A stretch of 64,000 nucleotides of DNA from Candidatus Buchananbacteria bacterium. GTDB taxonomy: Bacteria; Patescibacteriota; Patescibacteriia; Buchananbacterales; UBA6539. The notes beneath the pieces were generated by a model. It was not told where the DNA came from and did no database searches. It saw only the letters and a list, made by a program, of their open reading frames with translations. A program made the translations under genes and the position numbers. Where the stretch lies: the NCBI GenBank assembly GCA_013359225.1, contig JABWCG010000003.1:48783-112782 (forward strand), written 5' to 3'. Within the stretch, counting starts at the first letter, position 1. Every line of letters starts with the position of its first letter. Below are positions 1-10,973 of this stretch, piece by piece.

Positions 1-98
1 GCATAATCAAATATGGTGATACAGTAGTTGACGGCAGCGTCAAACGAGCAATCGCCGATTTAAAACAATCAATGGTACAAATCTATGCAAAAAAATAA
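1..98 (+). CDS. atpH: F1F0 ATP synthase delta subunit, 3' fragment
   Basis: Frame from position 3 reads [31 protein letters not shown], matching the delta C-terminal gd-viDgSv pattern. It overlaps the atpA start. Confidence 0.8.
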   Translation, partial: IIKYGDTVVDGSVKRAIADLKQSMVQIYAKK

Positions 99-1596
99 CA
101 GCGATTACATAATTGACAGTTTGCGCCGACAACTGACGGATTTCCAACCTGAGGTCAAAACCGAACGAGTCGGTACCGTGGTCGAAATCGGTGACGGCGT
201 AGCAAAGATGACCGGGCTTTCACAAGTAATGGCCATGGAGATGCTTGAATTCCCTCACGGGATTATGGGCGTCACCCTCAACCTAGAAGAGGATTTGGTT
301 GGTGCCGTGATATTTGGTGAATTTAATGAAATTAAAGAAGGGGATACTGTCAAAGGCACCGGTACCGTTTTGTCAGTCCCAGTTGGCGAACAGTTAATCG
401 GCCGAGTTGTTGATTCGCTTGGCGTACCTCGCGACGGCAAAGGACCGATTAACACCACAAAGCGCTACCCTATTGAAAAAATTGCGCCACGCGTTATTGA
501 ACGACAGCCGGTAAACACTCCGCTGCAAACCGGCATTAAAGCCATCGACTCAATGATCCCAATTGGCCGCGGCCAACGTGAATTGATTATTGGTGACCGC
601 CAAACCGGTAAAACGGCTGTTGCCATTGATACTATCATCAACCAAAAAGGTAAAGACGTAATTTGTATCTACGTCGCTATTTCTCAAAAACAATCAAATG
701 TCGCCCGCGTTATCGCGAAACTTGAAGAACACGGCGCTATGGACTACACCACCATCGTTGTAGCCTCTGCTTCTGATCCGGCTTCAATGGCGTTTATCGC
801 ACCATACAGCGGCTGCGCGATCGGCGAATACTTCACCGATAACGGCAAAGATGTTTTGGTAATCTATGACGACTTAACCAAACAAGCTGCAGCCTATCGA
901 CAGGTATCACTCCTACTTCGCCGCCCACCCGGACGCGAGGCTTTTCCAGGAGACATTTTCTATCTACATTCCCGACTACTTGAACGCGCCTGCCGACTCA
1001 GCGATGAAAAAGGCGGCGGTTCTCTAACCGCTTTGCCAATCATTGAAACGCAAGCCGGAGATATTTCAGCCTACATCCCAACCAACGTCATTTCTATTAC
1101 TGACGGCCAAATCTTTTTAGAGTCTGATCTGTTCTATCAAGGTATCAGACCGGCTGTCAACGTTGGCTTATCCGTCTCACGTGTCGGTTCGGCCGCGCAA
1201 ACCAAGGCAATGAAAAAAGTTGCCGGCAAGTTGCGCTTAAGCCTCGCTCAGTATCGTGACTTGGCCGCTTTCGCGCAATTTGGTTCCGATCTTGATAAAG
1301 CCACCCAAGAACAAATCAACCGAGGAGCACGCATCACTGAAATCTTGAAACAGTACCAGTACGAGCCAATGTCTAACGAACACCAGGTTGCTATTTTGTA
1401 TGCTGCAATCAACGGCTACGTTGACGACATTACTGTTGAAAAGATGCGGGAATTTGAGGCTCATTTGCATCGCTACCTCGACATTCATGGCAAAGATGTT
1501 TTAAGCGCCGTTGCCAAAACGGGCGAACTCAATGAAGCAAACGAAGCCAAATTGAAATCATTAATTCAAGAGAGTAAAAAAGTATTTACTGTTTAA
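85..1596 (+). CDS. atpA: ATP synthase alpha subunit
   Basis: Walker [29 protein letters not shown]; atp operon order. Confidence 0.99.
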   Translation: MQKNNSDYIIDSLRRQLTDFQPEVKTERVGTVVEIGDGVAKMTGLSQVMAMEMLEFPHGIMGVTLNLEEDLVGAVIFGEFNEIKEGDTVKGTGTVLSVPVGEQLIGRVVDSLGVPRDGKGPINTTKRYPIEKIAPRVIERQPVNTPLQTGIKAIDSMIPIGRGQRELIIGDRQTGKTAVAIDTIINQKGKDVICIYVAISQKQSNVARVIAKLEEHGAMDYTTIVVASASDPASMAFIAPYSGCAIGEYFTDNGKDVLVIYDDLTKQAAAYRQVSLLLRRPPGREAFPGDIFYLHSRLLERACRLSDEKGGGSLTALPIIETQAGDISAYIPTNVISITDGQIFLESDLFYQGIRPAVNVGLSVSRVGSAAQTKAMKKVAGKLRLSLAQYRDLAAFAQFGSDLDKATQEQINRGARITEILKQYQYEPMSNEHQVAILYAAINGYVDDITVEKMREFEAHLHRYLDIHGKDVLSAVAKTGELNEANEAKLKSLIQESKKVFTV

Positions 1597-1599
1597 CCA

Positions 1600-2517
1600 A
1601 TGGCACTGCTAACCAGAAAAATTAAACGTCAGATTCAATCCGTTAAAAACACTCAAAAGATTACCAAGGCAATGGAGTTGGTATCGGGTGCGAAGATGCG
1701 CAAAGCTGTTAATGCGGTATTAACCTCCCGGCCATATTCCAACTTAGCCTGGCAAACTGTTGCCACGCTTTCCAACACCGTTGATCGTGAACTGCATGCT
1801 TTGTTGTTTGATCGGCAGACTGCAAAAAAAATTGGCGTGGTTTTAATCAGCGCTAACCGCGGTCTCTGTGGCGTTTTTAACCAGCAAATTGCCCGTGAAG
1901 CACTTCGGTTTGTTCAACAGGAGCAGCAGACACCCGACGTTGAAAAAATTGAATTTATCACACTCGGTCATAAAGGCGCCCAAATCATTGCCAAATCAGG
2001 CAACGTCATTGCATCAGATTTCACTAAGCCCGACGTGGTCACCGATATTAGTGAGATTTCTTCCGTTGCCAAAATGATCGTCCAACAGTACATCGACGGT
2101 GACTACGACAAAGTTGTACTAGTCTATACCGATTTTATTAATTCCCTCAAACAACGCCCGGAAATAAAACAATTATTACCAATTAAACAAAACGACAATT
2201 CTGGTCTAGGTAAAGTTGGTCAAGACGAGGAGCCGGCGTCCGCCAAAAAAGATGTCACTGAATATTTGTTTGAACCGTCAGCCGATTTTGTCTTGTCTCA
2301 TTTTCTGCCACGATTGATTGAGGTTCAAATCTACCAAGCAATTTTAGAATCAAACGCGTCAGAGCATAGTGCTCGAATGGTTGCTATGAAAAATGCTTCG
2401 GACGCGGCCAGCGATTTAATTAACGAATTAACATTAAGTTTTAACAAAGCTCGCCAAGCGGGAATCACTCAGGAAATCAGTGAAATCTCGGTTAGTAAGG
2501 CGGCATTAGAAGGATAA
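1600..2517 (+). CDS. atpG: ATP synthase gamma subunit
   Basis: KITKAMELVS, RGLCG, ASEHSARMVAM, NKARQAGITQEI. Confidence 0.99.
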   Translation: MALLTRKIKRQIQSVKNTQKITKAMELVSGAKMRKAVNAVLTSRPYSNLAWQTVATLSNTVDRELHALLFDRQTAKKIGVVLISANRGLCGVFNQQIAREALRFVQQEQQTPDVEKIEFITLGHKGAQIIAKSGNVIASDFTKPDVVTDISEISSVAKMIVQQYIDGDYDKVVLVYTDFINSLKQRPEIKQLLPIKQNDNSGLGKVGQDEEPASAKKDVTEYLFEPSADFVLSHFLPRLIEVQIYQAILESNASEHSARMVAMKNASDAASDLINELTLSFNKARQAGITQEISEISVSKAALEG

Positions 2518-3891
<1,374 letters not shown>

Positions 3892-3894
3892 CTT

Positions 3895-4326
3895 ATGGCT
3901 AAACTGCAAATCGAAATCATTACTCCCGAAAAAATAATTTATTCGGGGTCTGCCGATCAAATCACTCTGCCAACTGCTGCCGGACAGATTACGGTTTTGC
4001 CGTTGCATCAGCCTTTAATTAGCGCATTGACCGCCGGAGAAATTATCATTAAAGAAAATAATAATGAAATTTTCATGGCCGTTTCCACCGGCTTAATCCA
4101 GGTTCATCCCGATCAGGTGCGCATCTTAACTGACACCGCTGAACGCGTCGAAGATATTGACGAAGCGCGCGCTCAAGAAGCGCACCAACGCGCTCAAGAA
4201 CTGATGGCCGAGAAAAAAGACACCGTTGATTACACTCAGCTTTCCGCCAAAATCGAAAAAGAACTAGCCCGCCTACGCGTAGCTAAACGCCGACGGCATA
4301 TTAATCAACCTCATATTGAAAATTAA
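3895..4326 (+). CDS. atpC: ATP synthase epsilon subunit
   Basis: IITPE...LPTAAGQITVLPLHQP, C-terminal helical hairpin; follows atpD. Confidence 0.97.
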   Translation: MAKLQIEIITPEKIIYSGSADQITLPTAAGQITVLPLHQPLISALTAGEIIIKENNNEIFMAVSTGLIQVHPDQVRILTDTAERVEDIDEARAQEAHQRAQELMAEKKDTVDYTQLSAKIEKELARLRVAKRRRHINQPHIEN

Positions 4327-4330
4327 TTTT

Positions 4331-4750
4331 ATGTCTAAACATTCTTGCGCTTCTTTAGTCTTGCGATGTATTGATTTTCGCATTCCACCAAAAAATTTAT
4401 CTGAATTGCTAAACACAGCCGGTCTCTGTCACGATGGTGATTATGACTTAGTATCTGTTGCCGGGGCCGGCAAAGATTTGCTATCAGCAAATGAAGCTGA
4501 AAAAGAATTCATCTTAAAACAAATCAGAATTTCCAAAAAGCTTCATGAAATAAAAAATATTTATATCTTGATGCACGATAACTGCGGCGCCTATGGTATT
4601 GCCGATGCTGTTCAAGAAGAAAAAACACAATCTGAACATCTCCAAATCATCCGCGAACAACTAATCAAAGAATTTCCCGACATCAAAATCAAAGGGTTAA
4701 TTGTTACTGGCGTTCCCTCTGGATCGCTTGGTCTTAAAACTATTCTCTAG
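4331..4750 (+). CDS. Beta-class carbonic anhydrase-like protein
   Basis: CIDFR (C-x-D-x-R) and HDNCGAYG (H-x-x-C) zinc-ligand motifs. The ATG at 4331 is preferred over the 4316 start, which overlaps atpC. Confidence 0.7.
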   Translation: MSKHSCASLVLRCIDFRIPPKNLSELLNTAGLCHDGDYDLVSVAGAGKDLLSANEAEKEFILKQIRISKKLHEIKNIYILMHDNCGAYGIADAVQEEKTQSEHLQIIREQLIKEFPDIKIKGLIVTGVPSGSLGLKTIL

Positions 4751-4766
4751 TCCAAAATCTTATTCA

Positions 4767-4794
4767 AAAATCCCGCTAGTTAGCGGGGTTTTGG
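4767..4794 (+). terminator. Intrinsic terminator, likely bidirectional
   Basis: AAAATCCCGCTA-GT-TAGCGGGGTTTT hairpin between convergent genes. Confidence 0.65.
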
Positions 4795-4850
4795 TATTAA
4801 AAAATAAGCAGTTTTACGAGATGCTTAAGCTCGGTAACGCAGAAGGCGCG

Positions 4851-5147
4851 CTATTCAATGCGTCCTTCGTCGGCGCGGCTGGTGTGCTTGGGGTTGAGGC
4901 ACGATTCTTCGTGCACCACGCCACACACGGCGCGACGTTCTTCAGGAGTTGCGCGCACCCACCAGTTGCCACCACGCCACAAGGCGTAGGTGAAAAGTCC
5001 GAGGGGGATGGTGAGCATCCCCGGTATGTGTTCGTTAGGGTTAACCCCTTGAATGAATATGACGTACAGGTCGTACGCCAGAAACATCACGAACAGAAGG
5101 CCTAGAATCACCACCTCAACGAAAAAATGCGGTTTTTCGATCTTCAC
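4851..5147 (-). CDS. Small two-TM membrane protein, unknown function
   Basis: GTG start with AAGGAG SD; two hydrophobic segments. Confidence 0.65.
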   Translation of the reverse strand: MKIEKPHFFVEVVILGLLFVMFLAYDLYVIFIQGVNPNEHIPGMLTIPLGLFTYALWRGGNWWVRATPEERRAVCGVVHEESCLNPKHTSRADEGRIE

Positions 5148-5364
5148 GACAACACTCCTTAACTTTTAGTGTGCTTTGATTTATTTCTTGAGCAGGCATA
5201 CATATCCTACTAAGAAATTATATAATACCATATATTTAATAAATAGTCAATAGTTACAAGAAAAAATAGCTATAATTAGTAATAAAATTAAGTGATGTCG
5301 CCGAAAAAATATTTTTTTGCTATAATCATAACCATCACTAAAAAATAACCAAAATCAATACTTT

Positions 5365-6021
5365 ATGAAAAAATATTTGCTGCTGTTAGCCCTTCTAGCC
5401 TTATCAGCCGGTTGCCAAAAAACTAATACCGCCGCCGATAGCTACAGCCAAACCAACACCAACGCGCCTAAAACTCAAAACATAATTAATAATAATGACA
5501 CCACTTCAATGACTGATACTACGACCGTCGACTTGGAAAATGTTTCCCAGGCCGTCATTAAAACTAATCTAGGGGATATCACGGTTGAATTCTATAAAAC
5601 TGATTCGCCCAATACCGTCAAAAACTTCGTTAAATTAGCAACCTCAGGTTATTACGACGGTGTTAAATTCCATCGCGTAATTAAGGACTTTATGATCCAA
5701 GCCGGTGATCCACTAAGCAAAGACGACTCTATGAAATTACGCTGGGGGACTGGCGGTCCAGGTTACTATTTTGATGATGAAATTAACACCCATAAGCTGG
5801 TTAAAGGTTCACTGGCCATGGCTAACGCCGGACCAAATACCAACGGTAGTCAGTTTTTTATTGTCACCGCTGACGCCACTCCATGGCTCGATGGTAAACA
5901 TACTAACTTTGGCCGAGTTACTAGTGGGCTCGACGTTGTGGAAAAAATTGGTAATGTCGAAACTGGTGCTGCTGATCGCCCGGTTGAAGCCGTTATTATT
6001 GAATCAATTGAAATTAAATAA
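5365..6021 (+). CDS. Cyclophilin-type peptidyl-prolyl isomerase (lipoprotein)
   Basis: FHRVIKDFMIQAGDP, AMANAGPNTNGSQFFI, WLDGKHTNFG; lipobox LSAGC. Confidence 0.96.
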   Translation: MKKYLLLLALLALSAGCQKTNTAADSYSQTNTNAPKTQNIINNNDTTSMTDTTTVDLENVSQAVIKTNLGDITVEFYKTDSPNTVKNFVKLATSGYYDGVKFHRVIKDFMIQAGDPLSKDDSMKLRWGTGGPGYYFDDEINTHKLVKGSLAMANAGPNTNGSQFFIVTADATPWLDGKHTNFGRVTSGLDVVEKIGNVETGAADRPVEAVIIESIEIK

Positions 6022-6188
6022 ACTCCCGCCAGGCCTTGACTTTAATGACAATAGGTAGTAGAGTGTAAAAAGTTGTTAATGGTATTAAATAACATTAAAA
6101 TCGTTAACAAATGGCATAGTTTAAGAGTAGAAATAAAGTCGAATTTCTGCCACAAGCTATAGCACTAATCAACTTTATTTCTACAATC

Positions 6189-6383
6189 ATGCAAGGAACA
6201 ATCAAAAAATTGACTGACAAGCATTTTGGTTTTATCAGTCAAGACGGCGGAAAAGATTTATTCTTCCACGCCAATGAGCTTGATGGCGTTAGTTTCAGTG
6301 ATCTACGAGAAGGCGACACCGTTACTTTCGAAGTAACTGAAGGTCCAAAAGGTCCAGCCGCTACTCAAGTCAAAAGAGCCTAA
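6189..6383 (+). CDS. Cold-shock protein
   Basis: RNP1 KHFGFI, RNP2 LFFH, GPKGPAA. Confidence 0.96.
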   Translation: MQGTIKKLTDKHFGFISQDGGKDLFFHANELDGVSFSDLREGDTVTFEVTEGPKGPAATQVKRA

Positions 6384-6404
6384 CCATTCAATTCAACTTG
6401 AAAC

Positions 6405-6439
6405 AAAAAATCGCCCGAAAGGCGATTTTTTGATATAGT
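6405..6439 (+). terminator. Terminator hairpin overlapping a sigma70 promoter
   Basis: AAAAAATCGCC-CGAAA-GGCGATTTTTT followed by TG-a-TATAGT; the next ATG is 6 nt downstream. Confidence 0.7.
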
Positions 6440-6445
6440 AAATTT

Positions 6446-7210
6446 ATGAGCTTAAAAACGACTGCCATTATTGCTGCTAAAAAAGCTGGCAAGGAATTGC
6501 TAAAACTTTCTGATGAAAAAATAAAATACCGGCTGAAAAAGAAACATGATATTTTAGCCGAAGCTGATTTAAAATCAGAAAAAATTATTATTAATGAAAT
6601 CCGAAAGCATTACCCGGCCCACAGCATTCTTTCCGAAGAGATGGGTCAAGATTTGAATACTTCAAACTACCTCTGGGTGATTGACCCAGTTGATGGAACG
6701 ATTAATTTTTCCCGGCAGCTTAATGACTACTGCATTTCCATTGCCGTTGCTAAAAAAAATGAGCTGATCCTAGGGTTAATTTATAACCCAGTGACACAAG
6801 AAATGTTTATCGCTGAAAAAAATAAAGGCGCTTTCTTAAATGGCAAAAAATTAAAAGTCTCAAACGAAAACAAAACAATCAACATGCTATTGGCAACTGA
6901 CAATTCTTCCAACCCGCAAATTAGAAAAAATAATTATCGCATCCTGCAAAAAGTCTGTACTGATTTTCGACATATCAGAATTTTTGGTAGTGGCGCGCTC
7001 CATCTAGCCAAAGTCGCCTCTGGCAAAATTGACGCTTACTATAAAACAAAATTTAATTATTGGGATTATGCAGCCGGAGTTTTACTGGTTCAAGAAGCAG
7101 GTGGCAAAGCAACCGATTTAAATGGTAATAATATTACTACCAAATCAAAAAGCATTATCGCCTCCAACGGCAAAATCCATCAACAAATTATTAGGATATT
7201 AAAAAAATAA
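6446..7210 (+). CDS. Inositol monophosphatase (SuhB family)
   Basis: ILSEE, WVIDPVDGTINF, WDYAAG. Confidence 0.93.
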   Translation: MSLKTTAIIAAKKAGKELLKLSDEKIKYRLKKKHDILAEADLKSEKIIINEIRKHYPAHSILSEEMGQDLNTSNYLWVIDPVDGTINFSRQLNDYCISIAVAKKNELILGLIYNPVTQEMFIAEKNKGAFLNGKKLKVSNENKTINMLLATDNSSNPQIRKNNYRILQKVCTDFRHIRIFGSGALHLAKVASGKIDAYYKTKFNYWDYAAGVLLVQEAGGKATDLNGNNITTKSKSIIASNGKIHQQIIRILKK

Positions 7211-7213
7211 TTC

Positions 7214-7846
7214 ATGCTAATAGTCAAAATTTTAGTAATCACCACTTTTATCACCTTTATTTTATTAGCCAGCATTGATGCCTCAATATTTGATAGCCGT
7301 TGGTACGAAAAACAGTTCACTAAAAATAATATTTACCAAACCTTAGACGCCAAGCGGGTTACTGACCAAACCGAGAATTTGTTTAGTTATCTTAAAAATG
7401 AAAATTCACTTGATTCACAGTATTACACCAATCGCGAAGTTACTCATCTGACCGATATTAAAAACATCATTAACATTCTACAAATTACAACCTTTATCAG
7501 TTTAGCCGGACTGGTCAGCGGCCTTTTACTAATTTACCAACGCGAAAAAAAAGCTGCTTTAATTAAAATCTTATCCATCGCGGCAGTGACGGCAATCGTC
7601 TTTTATACTTCGCTTGGCCTCCTTATTACTTACAATTTTGACCAATTTTTTTCAATCCTCCATCAGTTATCTTTTAGAAATGATTTTTGGTTACTTGATC
7701 CAACTACCGAGAACCTGATTAATATCTTTCCACCAAACCTATTTGCGGCACTCGGTTCAACGATTATTGCAAAAGCAATTTTGGCATCACTTATCACTTT
7801 GATTCTCGCTCGACTTTGGCTCCTGAAATCAAATAAAAAAGGTTGA
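7214..7846 (+). CDS. Integral membrane protein (DUF1461/TIGR01906-like)
   Basis: E-x-x-HLxDIK and F-x-x-LHQLSFRNDFWLLDP...LINIFP; four TM segments. Confidence 0.8.
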   Translation: MLIVKILVITTFITFILLASIDASIFDSRWYEKQFTKNNIYQTLDAKRVTDQTENLFSYLKNENSLDSQYYTNREVTHLTDIKNIINILQITTFISLAGLVSGLLLIYQREKKAALIKILSIAAVTAIVFYTSLGLLITYNFDQFFSILHQLSFRNDFWLLDPTTENLINIFPPNLFAALGSTIIAKAILASLITLILARLWLLKSNKKG

Positions 7847-7857
7847 GTAACTCTTCG

Positions 7858-8580
7858 TTAATCAACCTCAATCACTTTCCTCCAGGTCGAATCTGCCTCG
7901 ACCCTTTTTTCAAATTGTCTAGCATACCGTTCATGGTAGCAAATGTGATATGCCACAATCGTAGTCAGTATCCGCCAAATGGTAAACAGGCGGGTAATGA
8001 CACGGCCAAAGACCGCATAAAACCCAACCACCGTCACGATTGCCAAGCCCCAGCCAAACACGCTGCCAAGCCAATGGCTTGAACCAAGTATGTTTGGCAA
8101 AAGTACTGCTGTGACAAACTGAGCGGCGATAAAGTACGCCACTAACACCAGCAACGCCCCCAGACCAAGAAAGCCAAAGTGCAAGAGCAGCTTTTCTACT
8201 CTCGGAATCCAACCCATGCGCTTTTCAAGCTGCCAATGGCCACCTTCGTGCGCCAACACTCGTGTTACTTCATCGTCAAAGTGTTGTTTGGCCTCTTCGT
8301 AGGTTGGCGGCCGATGCTTATCCTGCGAAAACAGGAAAATCTCAAGCACGTCAATCGTGATGCTCATTGTCTGAGCATTGAACTGTCCCAGAGTACCGTC
8401 AACCGGTCCCATGGTAAACTCGACTTCAGGCTCATGCTCCGGCGCTACGATGTTATGTTCCGCGTTCACTCGGCGAATCAGTTCGCAAAAAAGCGATTTG
8501 TCAAACCGAAATCGGGGAACAAACATCGACGAAATCATCAGCCGAAACAAGCGCTGCAAATCCTTAACCGACGGGGTCAT
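7858..8580 (-). CDS. Membrane-anchored HExxH zinc metallopeptidase-like protein
   Basis: VLAHEGGH, then TM helices, then HERYARQFE (candidate third ligand); AAGGAG SD. Confidence 0.65.
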   Translation of the reverse strand: MTPSVKDLQRLFRLMISSMFVPRFRFDKSLFCELIRRVNAEHNIVAPEHEPEVEFTMGPVDGTLGQFNAQTMSITIDVLEIFLFSQDKHRPPTYEEAKQHFDDEVTRVLAHEGGHWQLEKRMGWIPRVEKLLLHFGFLGLGALLVLVAYFIAAQFVTAVLLPNILGSSHWLGSVFGWGLAIVTVVGFYAVFGRVITRLFTIWRILTTIVAYHICYHERYARQFEKRVEADSTWRKVIEVD

Positions 8581-8618
8581 TCGCTACTCCTTTTTCGGTA
8601 GTTACCTAAATCGCCGTC

Positions 8619-9542
8619 TCAATAAGACACAAGCGATTCATCCAAGATTTCATGATATCGCCACGAAACAGCGCGCAGGTCAGGACGTTGTTGTCCTAAA
8701 ACAACAGTATGGAGTTTTGCTCCTAGCTTGGCGAGCGATGACACCACCCATTCAACATCAAAACCCTCAGTACCGTCCGTCACCAAAAGGATTTTAATGT
8801 CATCAAGCCCAAGCTCTTTCAGCAGTTCGAAGCAAGCACGAAATGCTAGATCAATATGTGTCCCACCGTTGTGGTAAACAATTGATCCAAGCGCTCGTTG
8901 CAGTTCTTCCAGCTTCGCCCGGCCGCTTGCCTGATGTGGACAATCAGCCTGATCGGAAAAGGTAATCAGCGCATAATCAGCGTCGTGATCAATACACTTA
9001 CCAACCAAGCGCTCGCTTAAGCGCCGCGCCCAGCGACTTCGGTTATACTCTTTCATGCTGCCGGAGCAATCCAGCACCTCAATCACTGCCTTGCCGGCTG
9101 GTTCTTCAACCACGGTTTCTGCCAGATGCTCCACCACGCTTAATTGCCCGGTGGCTGCCTTGGCAAAAAAAGTCTCATCTTCTAGAGCATGTTCGCTTCG
9201 AAGAATGCGGGGGATTTCACTAAATCCCATCATCGGCCGAACATTGATATCATCAGCCGGAATTTCCGACGGCTGCAACTCCACATGAGTTTTGCCACCG
9301 TGAGAAAATTCAATCTCCGACACGATACGCTCAATCAACTTGTTAGGATCCTGCGGCCTCACTGCTTCACGCGATTCGGCAGCCTGCTTGTCGGCGCCAT
9401 TGCCTGGCTCATCACCCGACTCAGCAGGCGGCTGCGGACCCTGATCGTCCGACCGAAATGATTGCCGTAAATGCTTCATCAGCTGCCAGGCGATATACGC
9501 CGCGCCAGCCAACAATCCTCCACCAATCACAAAAGGTAGCAT
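8619..9542 (-). CDS. N-terminally membrane-anchored vWA domain protein (ViaA-like)
   Basis: MIDAS motif DCSGS, GGT and LVTDG; N-terminal TM segment; GGAGGTGA SD. Confidence 0.88.
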   Translation of the reverse strand: MLPFVIGGGLLAGAAYIAWQLMKHLRQSFRSDDQGPQPPAESGDEPGNGADKQAAESREAVRPQDPNKLIERIVSEIEFSHGGKTHVELQPSEIPADDINVRPMMGFSEIPRILRSEHALEDETFFAKAATGQLSVVEHLAETVVEEPAGKAVIEVLDCSGSMKEYNRSRWARRLSERLVGKCIDHDADYALITFSDQADCPHQASGRAKLEELQRALGSIVYHNGGTHIDLAFRACFELLKELGLDDIKILLVTDGTEGFDVEWVVSSLAKLGAKLHTVVLGQQRPDLRAVSWRYHEILDESLVSY

Positions 9543-9658
9543 CGGGCTTCACCTCCCTTGGTTTTTATAGCTCAAAAGCTTTCACCCTAATTGACAAAGA
9601 TCCTTTGAACATTCAATCAACAGGATTGACTGCTCAAACATCTTAATCAAAAAATAGG

Positions 9659-9694
9659 CGATGAGTGGTTTGATATTGTCCAAACCACTCATCG
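9659..9694 (-). terminator. Strong hairpin/terminator between the MoxR and vWA genes
   Basis: Perfect 14-bp stem CGATGAGTGGTTTG/CAAACCACTCATCG, followed on the minus strand by CCTATTTTTTG. Confidence 0.7.
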
Positions 9695-9717
9695 AACACG
9701 AATCCTTCCTCTCGTAC

Positions 9718-10959
9718 TTAGCTGTGCAACCCGGCCTCAGCCAATGCCCGCTGGCGTAACTGCTCAATCATCTCTGAAACCTTCGTCGCTGCACGCTCCT
9801 TGAATTCGGCGACGTCGTCATTCTCCGGAACAACGTCACCCAGTGACTGCTGCAGCACTTTCAGATCACCAACGGCGAGTTTGACATCGCCGTGCAGGTC
9901 AACCCGATCGGCTTGCTCCATAATGGAGTTGATCGCTACCTTTTGAGCATGATCAAGTTGTTGCATTTTTTCGGCGTGGATTTCCTCTATTTTGCCTTCA
10001 GCAATCTCACGCCACAGATCGTGCTCTTCCGGCGTGGAGCCAAGCGCATCAGCAACGTTGAGTAAATCGCTTGGTTCAACGTACAGCCGACCGTCAAGCA
10101 CTGCCGACACTTCCAGCATCTGTGAAGCAATCGCGATTCGCCGGTCGGACACTTCCGGCAAAATCACCTTCCAGTCGTTAGACTTGATCGCTTCGCGACG
10201 ACGCTCGCGATATTCTCGCGCCGCCTGGGCATACTTGATCATAATCAATTCGTCACGAATAAGCGTTGGCGGCGCCACCACTAGCTCGGACAGATTGTGA
10301 ATCAGGTCCAGAGGGATTCGGTCTTTGACATCAACCCCCTGGCAATTCTGAAAACTACGAACCATCCGAAAAAGTTCGTCATCGGTCTCCAGATACTTAA
10401 CCTCGGTGATGAAGAGCAGTCGGTCCAACACGGCCCAGGCGTATGAATTCTTCTTGAGAAATTCGCCCGGGTGCTTGTTGGTGTCGCAAAAGACCGTCAC
10501 CAATGGCATATCAACAATCTGCGTACCGCGGCGTAACCGTCGCTCGTTTAGCGACGACAACAGCGACCGCAAGAGCGGCATGCTGCCGTCCAAAAACTCA
10601 CCCAGACGCGCCAAATCCGCCTCGGGCAACATCCCTTCGGTGCGGTGTTCAAGGATTCCGTCTTCCTTCATTTTGCGGATGTCATACGGACCAAAAACGG
10701 CATCGTCACCCATGAACATCGCTAGCTCAATGTGGAACTTTTCCGCGTCATAAATGCCTTCGTAGACCCGATCGCACACGGCCGTTTTAGCCGTACCCGG
10801 ATCGCCGAATACCAACAAGTGCTGACGTTGCACCATCGCCCAACGTAACAGGCGCAACAAGCCTTCACGGTGGATGAACCCACCGTTAAACTGCTCAAAG
10901 TACCGGTTGTACTGTGCCGCAGCAATCTTCAATTCATCAGGGGTCAAGCGTTTTCCCAT
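9718..10959 (-). CDS. MoxR/RavA-family AAA+ ATPase
   Basis: Walker A GDPGTAKT, VFGP, LLSSLNER, AVLDR arginine finger, VSDRR sensor II; Walker B reads ARLGE. Confidence 0.9.
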   Translation of the reverse strand: MGKRLTPDELKIAAAQYNRYFEQFNGGFIHREGLLRLLRWAMVQRQHLLVFGDPGTAKTAVCDRVYEGIYDAEKFHIELAMFMGDDAVFGPYDIRKMKEDGILEHRTEGMLPEADLARLGEFLDGSMPLLRSLLSSLNERRLRRGTQIVDMPLVTVFCDTNKHPGEFLKKNSYAWAVLDRLLFITEVKYLETDDELFRMVRSFQNCQGVDVKDRIPLDLIHNLSELVVAPPTLIRDELIMIKYAQAAREYRERRREAIKSNDWKVILPEVSDRRIAIASQMLEVSAVLDGRLYVEPSDLLNVADALGSTPEEHDLWREIAEGKIEEIHAEKMQQLDHAQKVAINSIMEQADRVDLHGDVKLAVGDLKVLQQSLGDVVPENDDVAEFKERAATKVSEMIEQLRQRALAEAGLHS

Positions 10960-10973
10960 CGGTACGTTTCTCC

